From NCBI GenBank assembly GCA_007125585.1, contig SLCY01000037.1:422-64421 (forward strand): a stretch of DNA of 64,000 nt, read 5' to 3'. The position numbers and the translations under genes are program-made. Origin of the DNA: Bacteroidales bacterium. Lineage in GTDB: Bacteria; Bacteroidota; Bacteroidia; Bacteroidales; UBA7960. Below are positions 9,911 through 18,965 of this stretch, piece by piece (positions within the stretch are counted from its first letter, which is position 1; each line of letters starts with the position of its first letter). The notes below the pieces were generated by a model. The model was not told the DNA's origin. It did no database searches and worked only from the letters and a program-made list of their open reading frames with translations.

Positions 9911-11881
9911 ATGATCACCCCCGATACCATAGAAAGAATCATGGATGCCACCCGCATTGAGGAGGTGATTGGTGAATTTGTCACCCTGAAAAAGCGGGGG
10001 GTCAACCTGATCGGTTTGTGTCCTTTCCATAATGAGAAAACACCTTCTTTCAATGTTTCTGCTTCCAAGGGGATATACAAATGCTTTGGTTGCGGCAAGG
10101 GCGGCAATGTGGTGAGCTTTCTCATGGAGCACGAACATTACACCTACCCGGAGGCATTGCGTTTTCTTGCAAAGAAATACAACATTGAAATAGAGGAGGA
10201 AAGGCCGACGCCGGAGCAGCAGGAGGCGATGGACGAGAAGGAAAGCCTTTTTAACCTGTCGGCTTTTGCTCAGAAATATTTTGAACAGCAGTTGCATGAG
10301 AGCGAAGAAGGCAAGTCGGTTGGGCTTACCTACCTTAAAGAGCGCGGTTTTTCAACGGAGGTGATCAGGAAGTTCGGGATTGGTTATTGTCCGAACAAGT
10401 GGGATGAGTTTTCACAAACGGCATTAAAACAAGGGTATAAGAAGGATTATCTGTTGAAGGCAAGTCTCAGCAAGTCGAAAGACCATATGTTGTATGACAC
10501 CTTCAGGGGGCGTGTTATCTTTCCCATCCACAACCTTTCGGGAAGGGTCCTGGGTTTTGGCGCCCGCATCATGACGAGTGAAAAGAACAGGCCCAAGTAC
10601 ATCAACTCTGCCGAGAGCGAGATCTACCATAAAAGCAAGGCCCTCTACGGGGTGTTCTTTGCCAAAAGTCCCATGGCTTCGCATGACAACTGCTACCTGG
10701 TTGAGGGGTATACCGATGTGATCGCATTGCATCAGGCCGGTATCCACAATGTGATTGCCACATCGGGGACAGCATTGACGACCGACCAGATCAAGCTGAT
10801 CAGGCGCTATACATCCAATGTGACCCTATTGTTTGACGGTGATCCTGCCGGGGTCAAGGCTGCTTTTCGCGGTGTCGACATGATCCTGGAAGAGGGTCTT
10901 AACGTGCGTATTGTGTTGTTTCCCGACGCAGAAGATCCCGACTCATATGCACGAAAAAACCGTCCGGCCGTGGTTCGGGAGTTTATAGAAAAACAGGCAA
11001 AAGACTTTATTTCCCTCAAGACCGGGTTGTTGCTGGACGAAACCCGGAACGATCCCATAAAGAAGGCCCAGCTGATCAAAGAGATCGCCCGGACCATCGC
11101 GCTCATACCGGAACCCATTGCGCGCACCATCTATGTCCAGAAGTGCAGTGAAATGATGCAGGTAGAAGAAAAGCTGATGGTGGCAGAGGTGAACAGGTTG
11201 CGCCGGCAGAAACACCAGCGGCAAAAACAAACCACAGTCCAGGAACAACCCCCTCCTCCCCCCGGGCCTGACCATGTGTATCAACAGGAGAAGCATGCCG
11301 GAGCCGAAAACAATGACTCACAGGAAAAAGAACTGATCCGTCTGCTGCTGCACTATGCCGGCCATGAAATGGTCTTTGAATTGGAAAATGAAGACAGGCG
11401 CATTGAGGAAGTGAAGGTGATGGTGGTGGAATTTATCATTCAGGACATCCTGACAGACAAGCTGGTTTTCGACAATGCCCAGTGTCAGGGCATTTTTGAT
11501 GCTTACACAGAAAAGTGGGAAGAGAAAGCCCTGCCCGGAAACACTTTTTTTACCGAACATGAGGATCCTCTGATCCGGCAGCTGGCCATAGACCTTCTGG
11601 CCAACCAGCACACCCTGAGTAAGAACTGGGAACATCGCCACCGAATCTACGTTACAGGTGAAGAAGAGGACCTGAAACCCAGGGTTCTGTACGCCGTGTA
11701 TGGATTCAAGCTGAAAAAACTCGAAAAAATGATCAGCGAGACCCAAAGACAGATCCGGGACGCCGCGGCCGAAAACCCTCCAGACGAGTCCCTGCTCCTG
11801 GAGCTAATGGAAAAGAGCCGCGACCTCCTCTCCAGGCGCAGACTCTTTGCCGCCGAGTTGAACCGGGTGGTGACAAAATGA
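9911..11881 (+). CDS. dnaG: DNA primase
   Basis: Zinc-ribbon CPFHNEKTPSFNV...CFGCGKGGN, and the TOPRIM block VEGYTDVIALHQAG. Confidence 0.9.
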   Translation: MITPDTIERIMDATRIEEVIGEFVTLKKRGVNLIGLCPFHNEKTPSFNVSASKGIYKCFGCGKGGNVVSFLMEHEHYTYPEALRFLAKKYNIEIEEERPTPEQQEAMDEKESLFNLSAFAQKYFEQQLHESEEGKSVGLTYLKERGFSTEVIRKFGIGYCPNKWDEFSQTALKQGYKKDYLLKASLSKSKDHMLYDTFRGRVIFPIHNLSGRVLGFGARIMTSEKNRPKYINSAESEIYHKSKALYGVFFAKSPMASHDNCYLVEGYTDVIALHQAGIHNVIATSGTALTTDQIKLIRRYTSNVTLLFDGDPAGVKAAFRGVDMILEEGLNVRIVLFPDAEDPDSYARKNRPAVVREFIEKQAKDFISLKTGLLLDETRNDPIKKAQLIKEIARTIALIPEPIARTIYVQKCSEMMQVEEKLMVAEVNRLRRQKHQRQKQTTVQEQPPPPPGPDHVYQQEKHAGAENNDSQEKELIRLLLHYAGHEMVFELENEDRRIEEVKVMVVEFIIQDILTDKLVFDNAQCQGIFDAYTEKWEEKALPGNTFFTEHEDPLIRQLAIDLLANQHTLSKNWEHRHRIYVTGEEEDLKPRVLYAVYGFKLKKLEKMISETQRQIRDAAAENPPDESLLLELMEKSRDLLSRRRLFAAELNRVVTK

Positions 11882-12244
11882 ACCTCCAATGATTCAGCCC
11901 GGGACCACCTGTGAGGAACCCGGCTTCACGGAACCGCGTATTTTACGCGGAGTCACCCGTCGCTCTTAACAAACAAAGTTTTTCGCAGTGAAGCCCTGCA
12001 AATGATTATGAAAACCATGAACGACCATTTTAAAAAAGGTCTCTCCCTGAGAGTCAACAAAAAAGACCAGGTTTTTAACTGGCTGTCCGGTACCGTGGCG
12101 TTCTATGATTGGTTGTTGAGGGAATATCCCAAATTTATCCGGCAATGGAAAGAGGAGAAAAGCAGCGGGGAATAAATAAACCGAAGCCCTGGTTCTTTTT
12201 CACCGAACACAATAAAAATACGCATCATAAAAAACCTCACGACA

Positions 12245-13009
12245 ATGAAAAAAAATGGAAAAACCTTAAAGACTTTTTTGCTTTTACTGCTTGTTGCATG
12301 GATCGTTTCGGATGCCCGGGCACAAGACCCGCGTGAGATCATCCGGCGCATGGATAACAACATCCGCGGTGATGCCAGCTACAGCGAAATGAGCATGGAG
12401 GTGGTCCGGCCGCGGTATACCCGTGAAGTAACCATGCGGTCGTGGTCGCTGGGCGAAGATTATGCCCTGATCTATGTCACCGCACCCGCCCGCGACGCAG
12501 GAACAGCTTTCCTCAAAAGAGGTAACGAAATATGGAACTACCAGCCAAACATCGACCGCACCGTGAAAATGCCCCCCTCCATGATGTCACAGTCGTGGAT
12601 GGGCTCCGACTTTACCAACGACGACCTGGTGAATGCCAGCTCACTGGTCAACGACTACACCCACACCCTGCTGGGGGAAGAAGAAATAGACGGCCATGCC
12701 AGTTATGTGATCGAAATGATTCCCACACCCGAAAACCCCGTGGTGTACGAAAAGGTGATCCAGTACGTGAGCAAAGAACATTACCTGCCTGTGCGGACAG
12801 AGAATTATGACGAACGCGACGACCTGGTCAACACCATCCACTGGCGGAAATACAAAACCATGGGTGGAAGGCTTACACCCTCTGTGATGGAGGTAATACC
12901 CGAGGATCAGTCCGACAGAAAAACCGTGATCATCACCCATAATGCAGATTTTGAGATCGATATCTCGGAAAGGTTCTTCAGCATCGAAAACCTGACGGAG
13001 ATCGAATAA
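12245..13009 (+). CDS. Secreted LolA-like outer-membrane lipoprotein-sorting protein
   Basis: SPI-type signal peptide (ARA/QD). WMGSDFTNDDL and DGHASYVIEMIP blocks are characteristic of the LolA-like sorting-protein family. Confidence 0.7.
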   Translation: MKKNGKTLKTFLLLLLVAWIVSDARAQDPREIIRRMDNNIRGDASYSEMSMEVVRPRYTREVTMRSWSLGEDYALIYVTAPARDAGTAFLKRGNEIWNYQPNIDRTVKMPPSMMSQSWMGSDFTNDDLVNASSLVNDYTHTLLGEEEIDGHASYVIEMIPTPENPVVYEKVIQYVSKEHYLPVRTENYDERDDLVNTIHWRKYKTMGGRLTPSVMEVIPEDQSDRKTVIITHNADFEIDISERFFSIENLTEIE

Positions 13010-13202
13010 GTTCCCGAGGGTCGTCTGCCCGGCACCGGAACGGAAAGCCCTGAGCCTTCGGCCTGCGATTCCATTGAAAACACCGGGCAAAGAACAGGTC
13101 GCAAAAAGAGTTTGTTTTCACTTTGATAAACCCGTTATAATTAAAGACACACGGAGACACAACCAATAAGTGATGATTCACAACAGATAAAAACAGCATA
13201 TT

Positions 13203-14429
13203 ATGAAGATGTTACTGACACTGGCATGGCGCAACCTGTGGCGAAAAAAACGAAGGACATTCATCACCACCAGCTCGGTCATGTTTGCTGTGGTGCTGGC
13301 CATCGGACTGATGTCGATGGTGAACGGCATGAAACAACAGATGACAAGGTCAATTATCAGCAATACCACCGGACATCTCCAGATACAGGATGTGTTGTAC
13401 CACGATGAGCCGACCATGGACCACGCCATGGATTACGGAGAGGAGGTCAGGGGGGGCATCGCAAAATATGAAGACCTCATTGCATACACTGTGCCCAGGA
13501 TAGAGGGGTTTTGCCTCGCCTCAAAAGAGATCAGCAGTCGCGGTGTCTATGTGATGGGCGTGTTGCCCGACAAGGAAGACCGCATGAATGATCTTTCATC
13601 AAGACTTACGGAAGGCCGGATGTTCACCGCTGATGATGGTTTCGCCGTGGTTGCCGAAGGCGTTGCCACACAGCTGGATCTGGCATTAGGAGATACGATC
13701 GTACTGCTGGGACAGGGTTTTCAGGGGATGACGGCAGCCGGGAAATATAAGGTTGGCGGGATCCTTGAGTTCCCGCTGCCCGAGATGAACAACACCCTGG
13801 TCTATCTGCCCCTGCAAACAGCCCAAAACTTTTTTGCTGCCCCTGAAAGGCTGAACAGATTGATCCTTATGCTGAAGGATCAATCAGAAGCTGACGAATT
13901 GGTCCTGAAAATACAGGATGAGCTTGACCAAGAATGGTACACATTGAAAACATGGGAGGAGCTGATGCCTGACAAGCTGGCGGCTTTCGAAGCACGCGAT
14001 GCCCAGGTGAGGGTTTTTGCATGGGTGCTCTACATCGTGGCCGGATTCGGAATATTCGGAACCATCATTACCATGATGCACGAACGCCTGAGGGAATTTG
14101 GAATCCTGCTTTCCATTGGCATGAAAAGATCGCAACTTGCCGGCGTTTGCCTGGTAGAAACCGTTTTTATCAGCATCATTGGCGTGATCACGGGGGTGGT
14201 TGCAGGCTTCCCGATTGTATATTATTTATACCGGAACCCTATCCCGTTGGCCGATGATCTCGCAGATACCATGATAGACTTCGGACTCGAACCATACATG
14301 AGTTTTTCCATCGACACAGGGATTTTCGTGTATCAGGCTCTCACCATCTTTTTTATTGCGCTCGTTGTTGGTCTTTATCCCGTAAGGAAAGTTTTCAGGC
14401 TCGACATGATCAGCGCTGCGAGAAAATAA
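13203..14429 (+). CDS. ABC transporter permease, FtsX/MacB type (P1)
   Basis: N-terminal LAWRNLWRKKRRT, a large periplasmic loop, and a C-terminal FtsX 3-TM bundle. Paralog of 17724-18950. Confidence 0.85.
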   Translation: MKMLLTLAWRNLWRKKRRTFITTSSVMFAVVLAIGLMSMVNGMKQQMTRSIISNTTGHLQIQDVLYHDEPTMDHAMDYGEEVRGGIAKYEDLIAYTVPRIEGFCLASKEISSRGVYVMGVLPDKEDRMNDLSSRLTEGRMFTADDGFAVVAEGVATQLDLALGDTIVLLGQGFQGMTAAGKYKVGGILEFPLPEMNNTLVYLPLQTAQNFFAAPERLNRLILMLKDQSEADELVLKIQDELDQEWYTLKTWEELMPDKLAAFEARDAQVRVFAWVLYIVAGFGIFGTIITMMHERLREFGILLSIGMKRSQLAGVCLVETVFISIIGVITGVVAGFPIVYYLYRNPIPLADDLADTMIDFGLEPYMSFSIDTGIFVYQALTIFFIALVVGLYPVRKVFRLDMISAARK

Positions 14430-14463
14430 AGCATGTGTTGCCATCAAAAATCCAATAACTATT

Positions 14464-15684
14464 ATGAAGACATTAGCAAAGATATCGTGGAGAAATATTT
14501 GGAGAAACCGGACCCGCACCCTTGTCATCATCACGGCCCTGGTCTTGGGAATCATGGGGGGTGTTTTTTCGGCAGCCATAAGGCTCGCGGCCGAAGAACA
14601 ACAGTTTGAAGATGCCGTTGATAACATGATCTCGCACATCCAGATACACCATCCGGAATTTATAGCAAATCCTGAACCCACTCATCGCATTCCCGATGGC
14701 CGGCAGGCAGCCTGCAACATCGCACAAAGGCCCGGCGTCAAATCTGTGTCGGCACGTTCGGCATTCGATGGGATGGCCGCATCAGCCAATATGACCACCG
14801 GAGTGAGGATCAAAGGGGTTGACCCCATAGCTGAAGCAGAAACCACCCGGCTGCAAGAGCTGCTTACCGACGGAACCTATTTTTCGGAAGAATGGAGGCT
14901 GCCCCCGGTGATCGCAGGTAGGCGACTGGCGAAAGAGTTGCTGTCAGAACAAGGATCCAGGATCGTTCTCACCTTCCAGGGTGTTGAAGGAGAGATGGTC
15001 AGCGCCTCTTTCCGCATAGAGGGCTTGTACTCGGTCACCTCCGCTGCCTTTGAAGAGCGAACAGTATACGTAAGAAATACAGACATCAACGAGCTGATCG
15101 GAGATCCTGAAGCAGTGACCGAGATCGCCATTCTTCTTGATGATGTGGACGAATACCGGGAAGCGGCCCGGGAGCTTCAGGATGCTTACCCCAACCTAAA
15201 AGTCAGGCATTGGGCCGATCTGGACCCAACACTTCACTACGCACTGGAAGTGCTTGATCAACTGTTGATATGGCTGGTGGGCATCATCATCCTTGGGGTG
15301 TCGTTCGGACTGCTCAACACCATTCTGATGTCTATCCTCGAAAGGGTCAGGGAACTGGGAGTACTCCTCGCCATTGGCATGAAACGTTTCAAGGTGTTCT
15401 CCATGGTCGTGATGGAAACCACCATGATCTCCATCATCGGGGGATTGATCGGGTTGATCCTGTCCTACGTGATGATCCGGATCCTGAACGTACATGGAGT
15501 GCATATACCCGGTGCGGAAGGTCTGGAAGATTTTGGATTTGCTTCAGTACTGTACCCCAGAGTAGATCTCCCCTTCTATTTGCAAATAGGGGCTTTGGTG
15601 GTGGTGTTCGCCATCCTGGCTTCGATCTACCCCGCATGGAAAGCCATTCGCCTGGCGCCGGCCGAAGCGGTGAGGGAAGAGTGA
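14464..15684 (+). CDS. ABC transporter permease, FtsX/MacB type (P2)
   Basis: ISWRNIWRNRTRT N-terminus, RELGVLLAIGM FtsX block. Paralog of 18966-20189. Confidence 0.85.
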   Translation: MKTLAKISWRNIWRNRTRTLVIITALVLGIMGGVFSAAIRLAAEEQQFEDAVDNMISHIQIHHPEFIANPEPTHRIPDGRQAACNIAQRPGVKSVSARSAFDGMAASANMTTGVRIKGVDPIAEAETTRLQELLTDGTYFSEEWRLPPVIAGRRLAKELLSEQGSRIVLTFQGVEGEMVSASFRIEGLYSVTSAAFEERTVYVRNTDINELIGDPEAVTEIAILLDDVDEYREAARELQDAYPNLKVRHWADLDPTLHYALEVLDQLLIWLVGIIILGVSFGLLNTILMSILERVRELGVLLAIGMKRFKVFSMVVMETTMISIIGGLIGLILSYVMIRILNVHGVHIPGAEGLEDFGFASVLYPRVDLPFYLQIGALVVVFAILASIYPAWKAIRLAPAEAVREE

Positions 15685-15756
15685 CGATGGAGCGAGGGAA
15701 CGAAGGAGCAATGGAACGACGGAACGATGTAACGAAAGAACGATGAAACATAGTAA

Positions 15757-15776
15757 TCACAGGGCTTGACCTGTGA
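15757..15776. repeat. Recurring hairpin TCACAGG-GCTTGA-CCTGTGA (copy 1)
   Basis: 7-bp stem and 6-nt loop. The 18-nt core CACAGGGCTTGACCTGTG is identical to 23144-23161. Confidence 0.7.
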
Positions 15777-15793
15777 AACCTAAACACAAAAAC

Positions 15794-16489
15794 ATGAAAA
15801 CTGTAATCAAAACCAACGGGTTGTCAAAAACCTACACCAACACGGCGGTACCGGTGCATGCATTGAAAAATGTGACCCTCGAATTCAAAGAAGGGGAGTT
15901 TACCGCCATTGTGGGTCCTTCGGGCAGCGGAAAGACAACCTTTTTAAATGTGATTGGTGGGCTGGACAAACCCACTGAGGGTCACGTGGTGATTGACAAT
16001 GTGGATATTGCCACCATGAAAGAAAGTCAGTTGTTCGACTTCCGCCTCAGGCATATCGGCTTCGTTTTTCAGGCCTACAACCTGATCCCGGTGCTTACCG
16101 CCATGGAAAACGTGTCTTTCATCATGCTGCTGCAAAAGCAGTCGAAGAGAGAGATGGAGAAACGGGCCAAGGAGATGCTGGAACAGGTGGGTCTGAGCGA
16201 TAAGCTGGATATCCGGCCGTCACAACTGTCGGGCGGACAGCAACAGCGCGTGGCCGTGGCCAGGGCACTGGCATCCAAACCCAACTTCGTGCTTGCCGAC
16301 GAGCCCACCGCCAATCTCGACACCGAATCGGCGTTTAACCTGCTGGACATCATGGCAAGGCTGAACAGGGAAGAAAACATCACCCTGATCTTCTCCACCC
16401 ACGACCAGCGCGTGATCGACAGGGCGCGCCGGGTGATCACCCTGGTGGATGGCGCCGTTGACAAAGACGAACATTTTGAGAGAAACTGA
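15794..16489 (+). CDS. ABC transporter ATP-binding protein (LolD/MacB-like)
   Basis: Walker A GPSGSGKTT, signature LSGGQQQRVAVARAL, Walker B FVLADEPTANLD. The ATG at 15794 is preferred over the GTG that lies inside the hairpin. Confidence 0.9.
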   Translation: MKTVIKTNGLSKTYTNTAVPVHALKNVTLEFKEGEFTAIVGPSGSGKTTFLNVIGGLDKPTEGHVVIDNVDIATMKESQLFDFRLRHIGFVFQAYNLIPVLTAMENVSFIMLLQKQSKREMEKRAKEMLEQVGLSDKLDIRPSQLSGGQQQRVAVARALASKPNFVLADEPTANLDTESAFNLLDIMARLNREENITLIFSTHDQRVIDRARRVITLVDGAVDKDEHFERN

Positions 16490-16519
16490 CCGAAGAAAAC
16501 GAAAAACGGAAAGAGAAAA

Positions 16520-17695
16520 GTGAAAAATGTTTTGAGTACGTACAGCCTGGTTCCGGGGTTGCTTATCGTATTGTTTGCGGTGGGGAGTGCAAGGGCCCAG
16601 GGCGACCTGTCGCCTTTTCGCTTGCGGGGATATGTGAAAGCGATGCCCGGTGTGCAACTGGACAATGATTTTTCCGACCCTGCCGGCAACGGCTGGTTGC
16701 ATAACCGCCTGAACTTCAGATGGGATATTTCAGGAAGCACCGACCTTATGATAGAAGGGAGGAACAGGGTGCTCTATAACAAGATGTACGCAGAATTTCC
16801 TGATATTAAGGATATCATTGGACAGGATGATGGCCTGGTGGATATGTCGTGGGTGTGGCTGTCAGGTGATCGCTGGATCGGACATTCTGAGATTGACCGT
16901 TTGTATTTGAGCTGGCGTGCCGACAGCTGGCGTGTCAGGGCCGGACGGCAACGCATAAACTGGGGCATAACACTGGTATCCAATCCCAACGACCTATTCA
17001 ACACTTATTCATTCTTTGATTTTGATTACACAGAAAGGCCGGGGTCTGATGCCATAAGGGTACAACACTATCTGAACGGATTGTCAAGCATTGAGCTTGC
17101 CGTAAGTCCGGCAAGGAACAACCGCGACATGGTTGCCGCCATCAAATATGCCCACAACTGGCAAGGATACGATATACAAGCCATATCCGGCTATTTCAGG
17201 GACCGCCTCGCGCTGGGAGGTGGCTGGGCCGGCAATATTGGGGGGGCCGGGTTCAAGGGTGAAGCAACCTGGTTCTATGACCTTGAAAAACAGGACGATG
17301 TCGACAGGGGCAACATGGTTGCAGCCATCGGCCTCGACTATATGTTTCCCAAAGGCACCTTCACCATTCTTGAGTTTCTCTATAATGGCGGATACGGAAG
17401 ATATCCTGACCGGGCAGTACTGATCACAGAACCTCTTCAACCCGACAACATCATGTTCTCCGAATACGCGATCACCCTGAGTGCAGACCGCTCCTTTTCA
17501 CCGGTGATCAGCGGGGGGATTGCCGTCATGGCATTACCCGACATCGAAGCAGCCTTCCTGATGCCACGGTTTGGGTATTCGGTCATGACCGACCTGGACA
17601 TGGAGTTTGTTGCACAGGTGTTTGCAGGGGGTAAAGAAACCATCTTTGAAGAAGCCGGCTCCGCCTGGTTTGTTTCACTACAGTATTCATTCTGA
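16520..17695 (+). CDS. Putative outer-membrane beta-barrel protein of unknown function
   Basis: Signal peptide ending ARAQG, alternating amphipathic strands rich in aromatic residues and Gly, C-terminal SLQYSF with a terminal Phe. Confidence 0.45.
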   Translation: MKNVLSTYSLVPGLLIVLFAVGSARAQGDLSPFRLRGYVKAMPGVQLDNDFSDPAGNGWLHNRLNFRWDISGSTDLMIEGRNRVLYNKMYAEFPDIKDIIGQDDGLVDMSWVWLSGDRWIGHSEIDRLYLSWRADSWRVRAGRQRINWGITLVSNPNDLFNTYSFFDFDYTERPGSDAIRVQHYLNGLSSIELAVSPARNNRDMVAAIKYAHNWQGYDIQAISGYFRDRLALGGGWAGNIGGAGFKGEATWFYDLEKQDDVDRGNMVAAIGLDYMFPKGTFTILEFLYNGGYGRYPDRAVLITEPLQPDNIMFSEYAITLSADRSFSPVISGGIAVMALPDIEAAFLMPRFGYSVMTDLDMEFVAQVFAGGKETIFEEAGSAWFVSLQYSF

Positions 17696-17723
17696 CATTT
17701 CGACACTTCAGACCTTAAAAACC

Positions 17724-18950
17724 ATGAACCTTATCATCAAGATGGCCTGGCGCAACCTCTGGCGGAACCGCAGACGCTCGCTCATCACCATGAGCTCCGT
17801 GCTTTTTGCGGTCTTGCTGGCCATCTTTTTCTACTCCATGGAAAAAGGTTCTTACGAAAGGATGATAGACAACATGGTGCGGTACAGCACCGGGTATATC
17901 CAGATTCAGGATGTGCTTTTTGAAGATGAACCTTCGATGGACCATAGCATGCTTGTTGATGAACACATCAACGGTATCCTGGAAGAGCTTGATGACCGGA
18001 TAGATTTTTCTGTTCCCCGCATAAATCATTTTGTACTGGTTGCCTCCGACAGGATCACCAGGAGTGCCATGCTGATGGGTATCGACTCTGCAGCTGAGGC
18101 CAGGCTGAACGACGTCTCAGACAGGATAACCGCCGGCAGCTTCATTGAAGACAACGACAAGGATATCGTGGTGGCGCAAGGGCTGGCGGAAGTCCTGAAG
18201 GTGGTCACAGGCGATACGCTGGTGCTTATCAGCCAGGGGTATCAGGGCGTTTCTGCAGCAGGCCTTTACCGTATCAAAGGGATCGTGGACCTCCATATCC
18301 CCGAGATGAACAACAGCACCATTTACATGGCCCTGCCGGAAGCACAATGGTTTTATAATGCACAAGACAGGCTGACCTCCCTGGTGATCATGCCGGAGAA
18401 CCCGCAACATACCCGGCAGCTGGCCGGAGATATCAGCGAACGGATCGACACGGAATGGTACAGGATACTCACCTATGAGGAGATGCTGGAAGACCTGCTC
18501 GCCCTGATGCAGTTCGATATTGCCGGCACCATGGTACTGCTCGCCATATTGTATATTGTGATTGCCTTTGGTTTGTTCGGAACGATGCTGACCATGCTGC
18601 TCGAACGCAAAAAAGAGTTTGCCATGCTGATGGCTCTCGGCATGAAACGTGCACAGCTTGCTATCATATGTTTTATTGAAGCCATCATTATTTCACTGAC
18701 AGGAGCATTTGCAGGCATCCTGGTGGCCATCCCCTTTGTTGTGTATTTTTACCACCATCCTGTCCAGCTGAGCGGTGACTTTGCCGATGCCATGACAGGC
18801 TATGGCTTTGAGCCCATCCTCCCCCTCTCGCCAGACCCGGTAGTGTTTGTTTCACAAGCAATGGTGGTTCTGATCATCAGCATCATTATCGGCATGTATC
18901 CCGTATATAGTGTTTTTCGCTTAGATATGGTCAAAGCCCGTCAAAAATAA
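17724..18950 (+). CDS. ABC transporter permease, FtsX/MacB type (P3)
   Basis: MAWRNLWRNRRRS N-terminus. About half of the first 75 residues are identical to P1 by eye. Start moved from 17607, which overlaps the barrel gene. Confidence 0.85.
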   Translation: MNLIIKMAWRNLWRNRRRSLITMSSVLFAVLLAIFFYSMEKGSYERMIDNMVRYSTGYIQIQDVLFEDEPSMDHSMLVDEHINGILEELDDRIDFSVPRINHFVLVASDRITRSAMLMGIDSAAEARLNDVSDRITAGSFIEDNDKDIVVAQGLAEVLKVVTGDTLVLISQGYQGVSAAGLYRIKGIVDLHIPEMNNSTIYMALPEAQWFYNAQDRLTSLVIMPENPQHTRQLAGDISERIDTEWYRILTYEEMLEDLLALMQFDIAGTMVLLAILYIVIAFGLFGTMLTMLLERKKEFAMLMALGMKRAQLAIICFIEAIIISLTGAFAGILVAIPFVVYFYHHPVQLSGDFADAMTGYGFEPILPLSPDPVVFVSQAMVVLIISIIIGMYPVYSVFRLDMVKARQK

Positions 18951-18965
18951 AAATATCGCACACCG

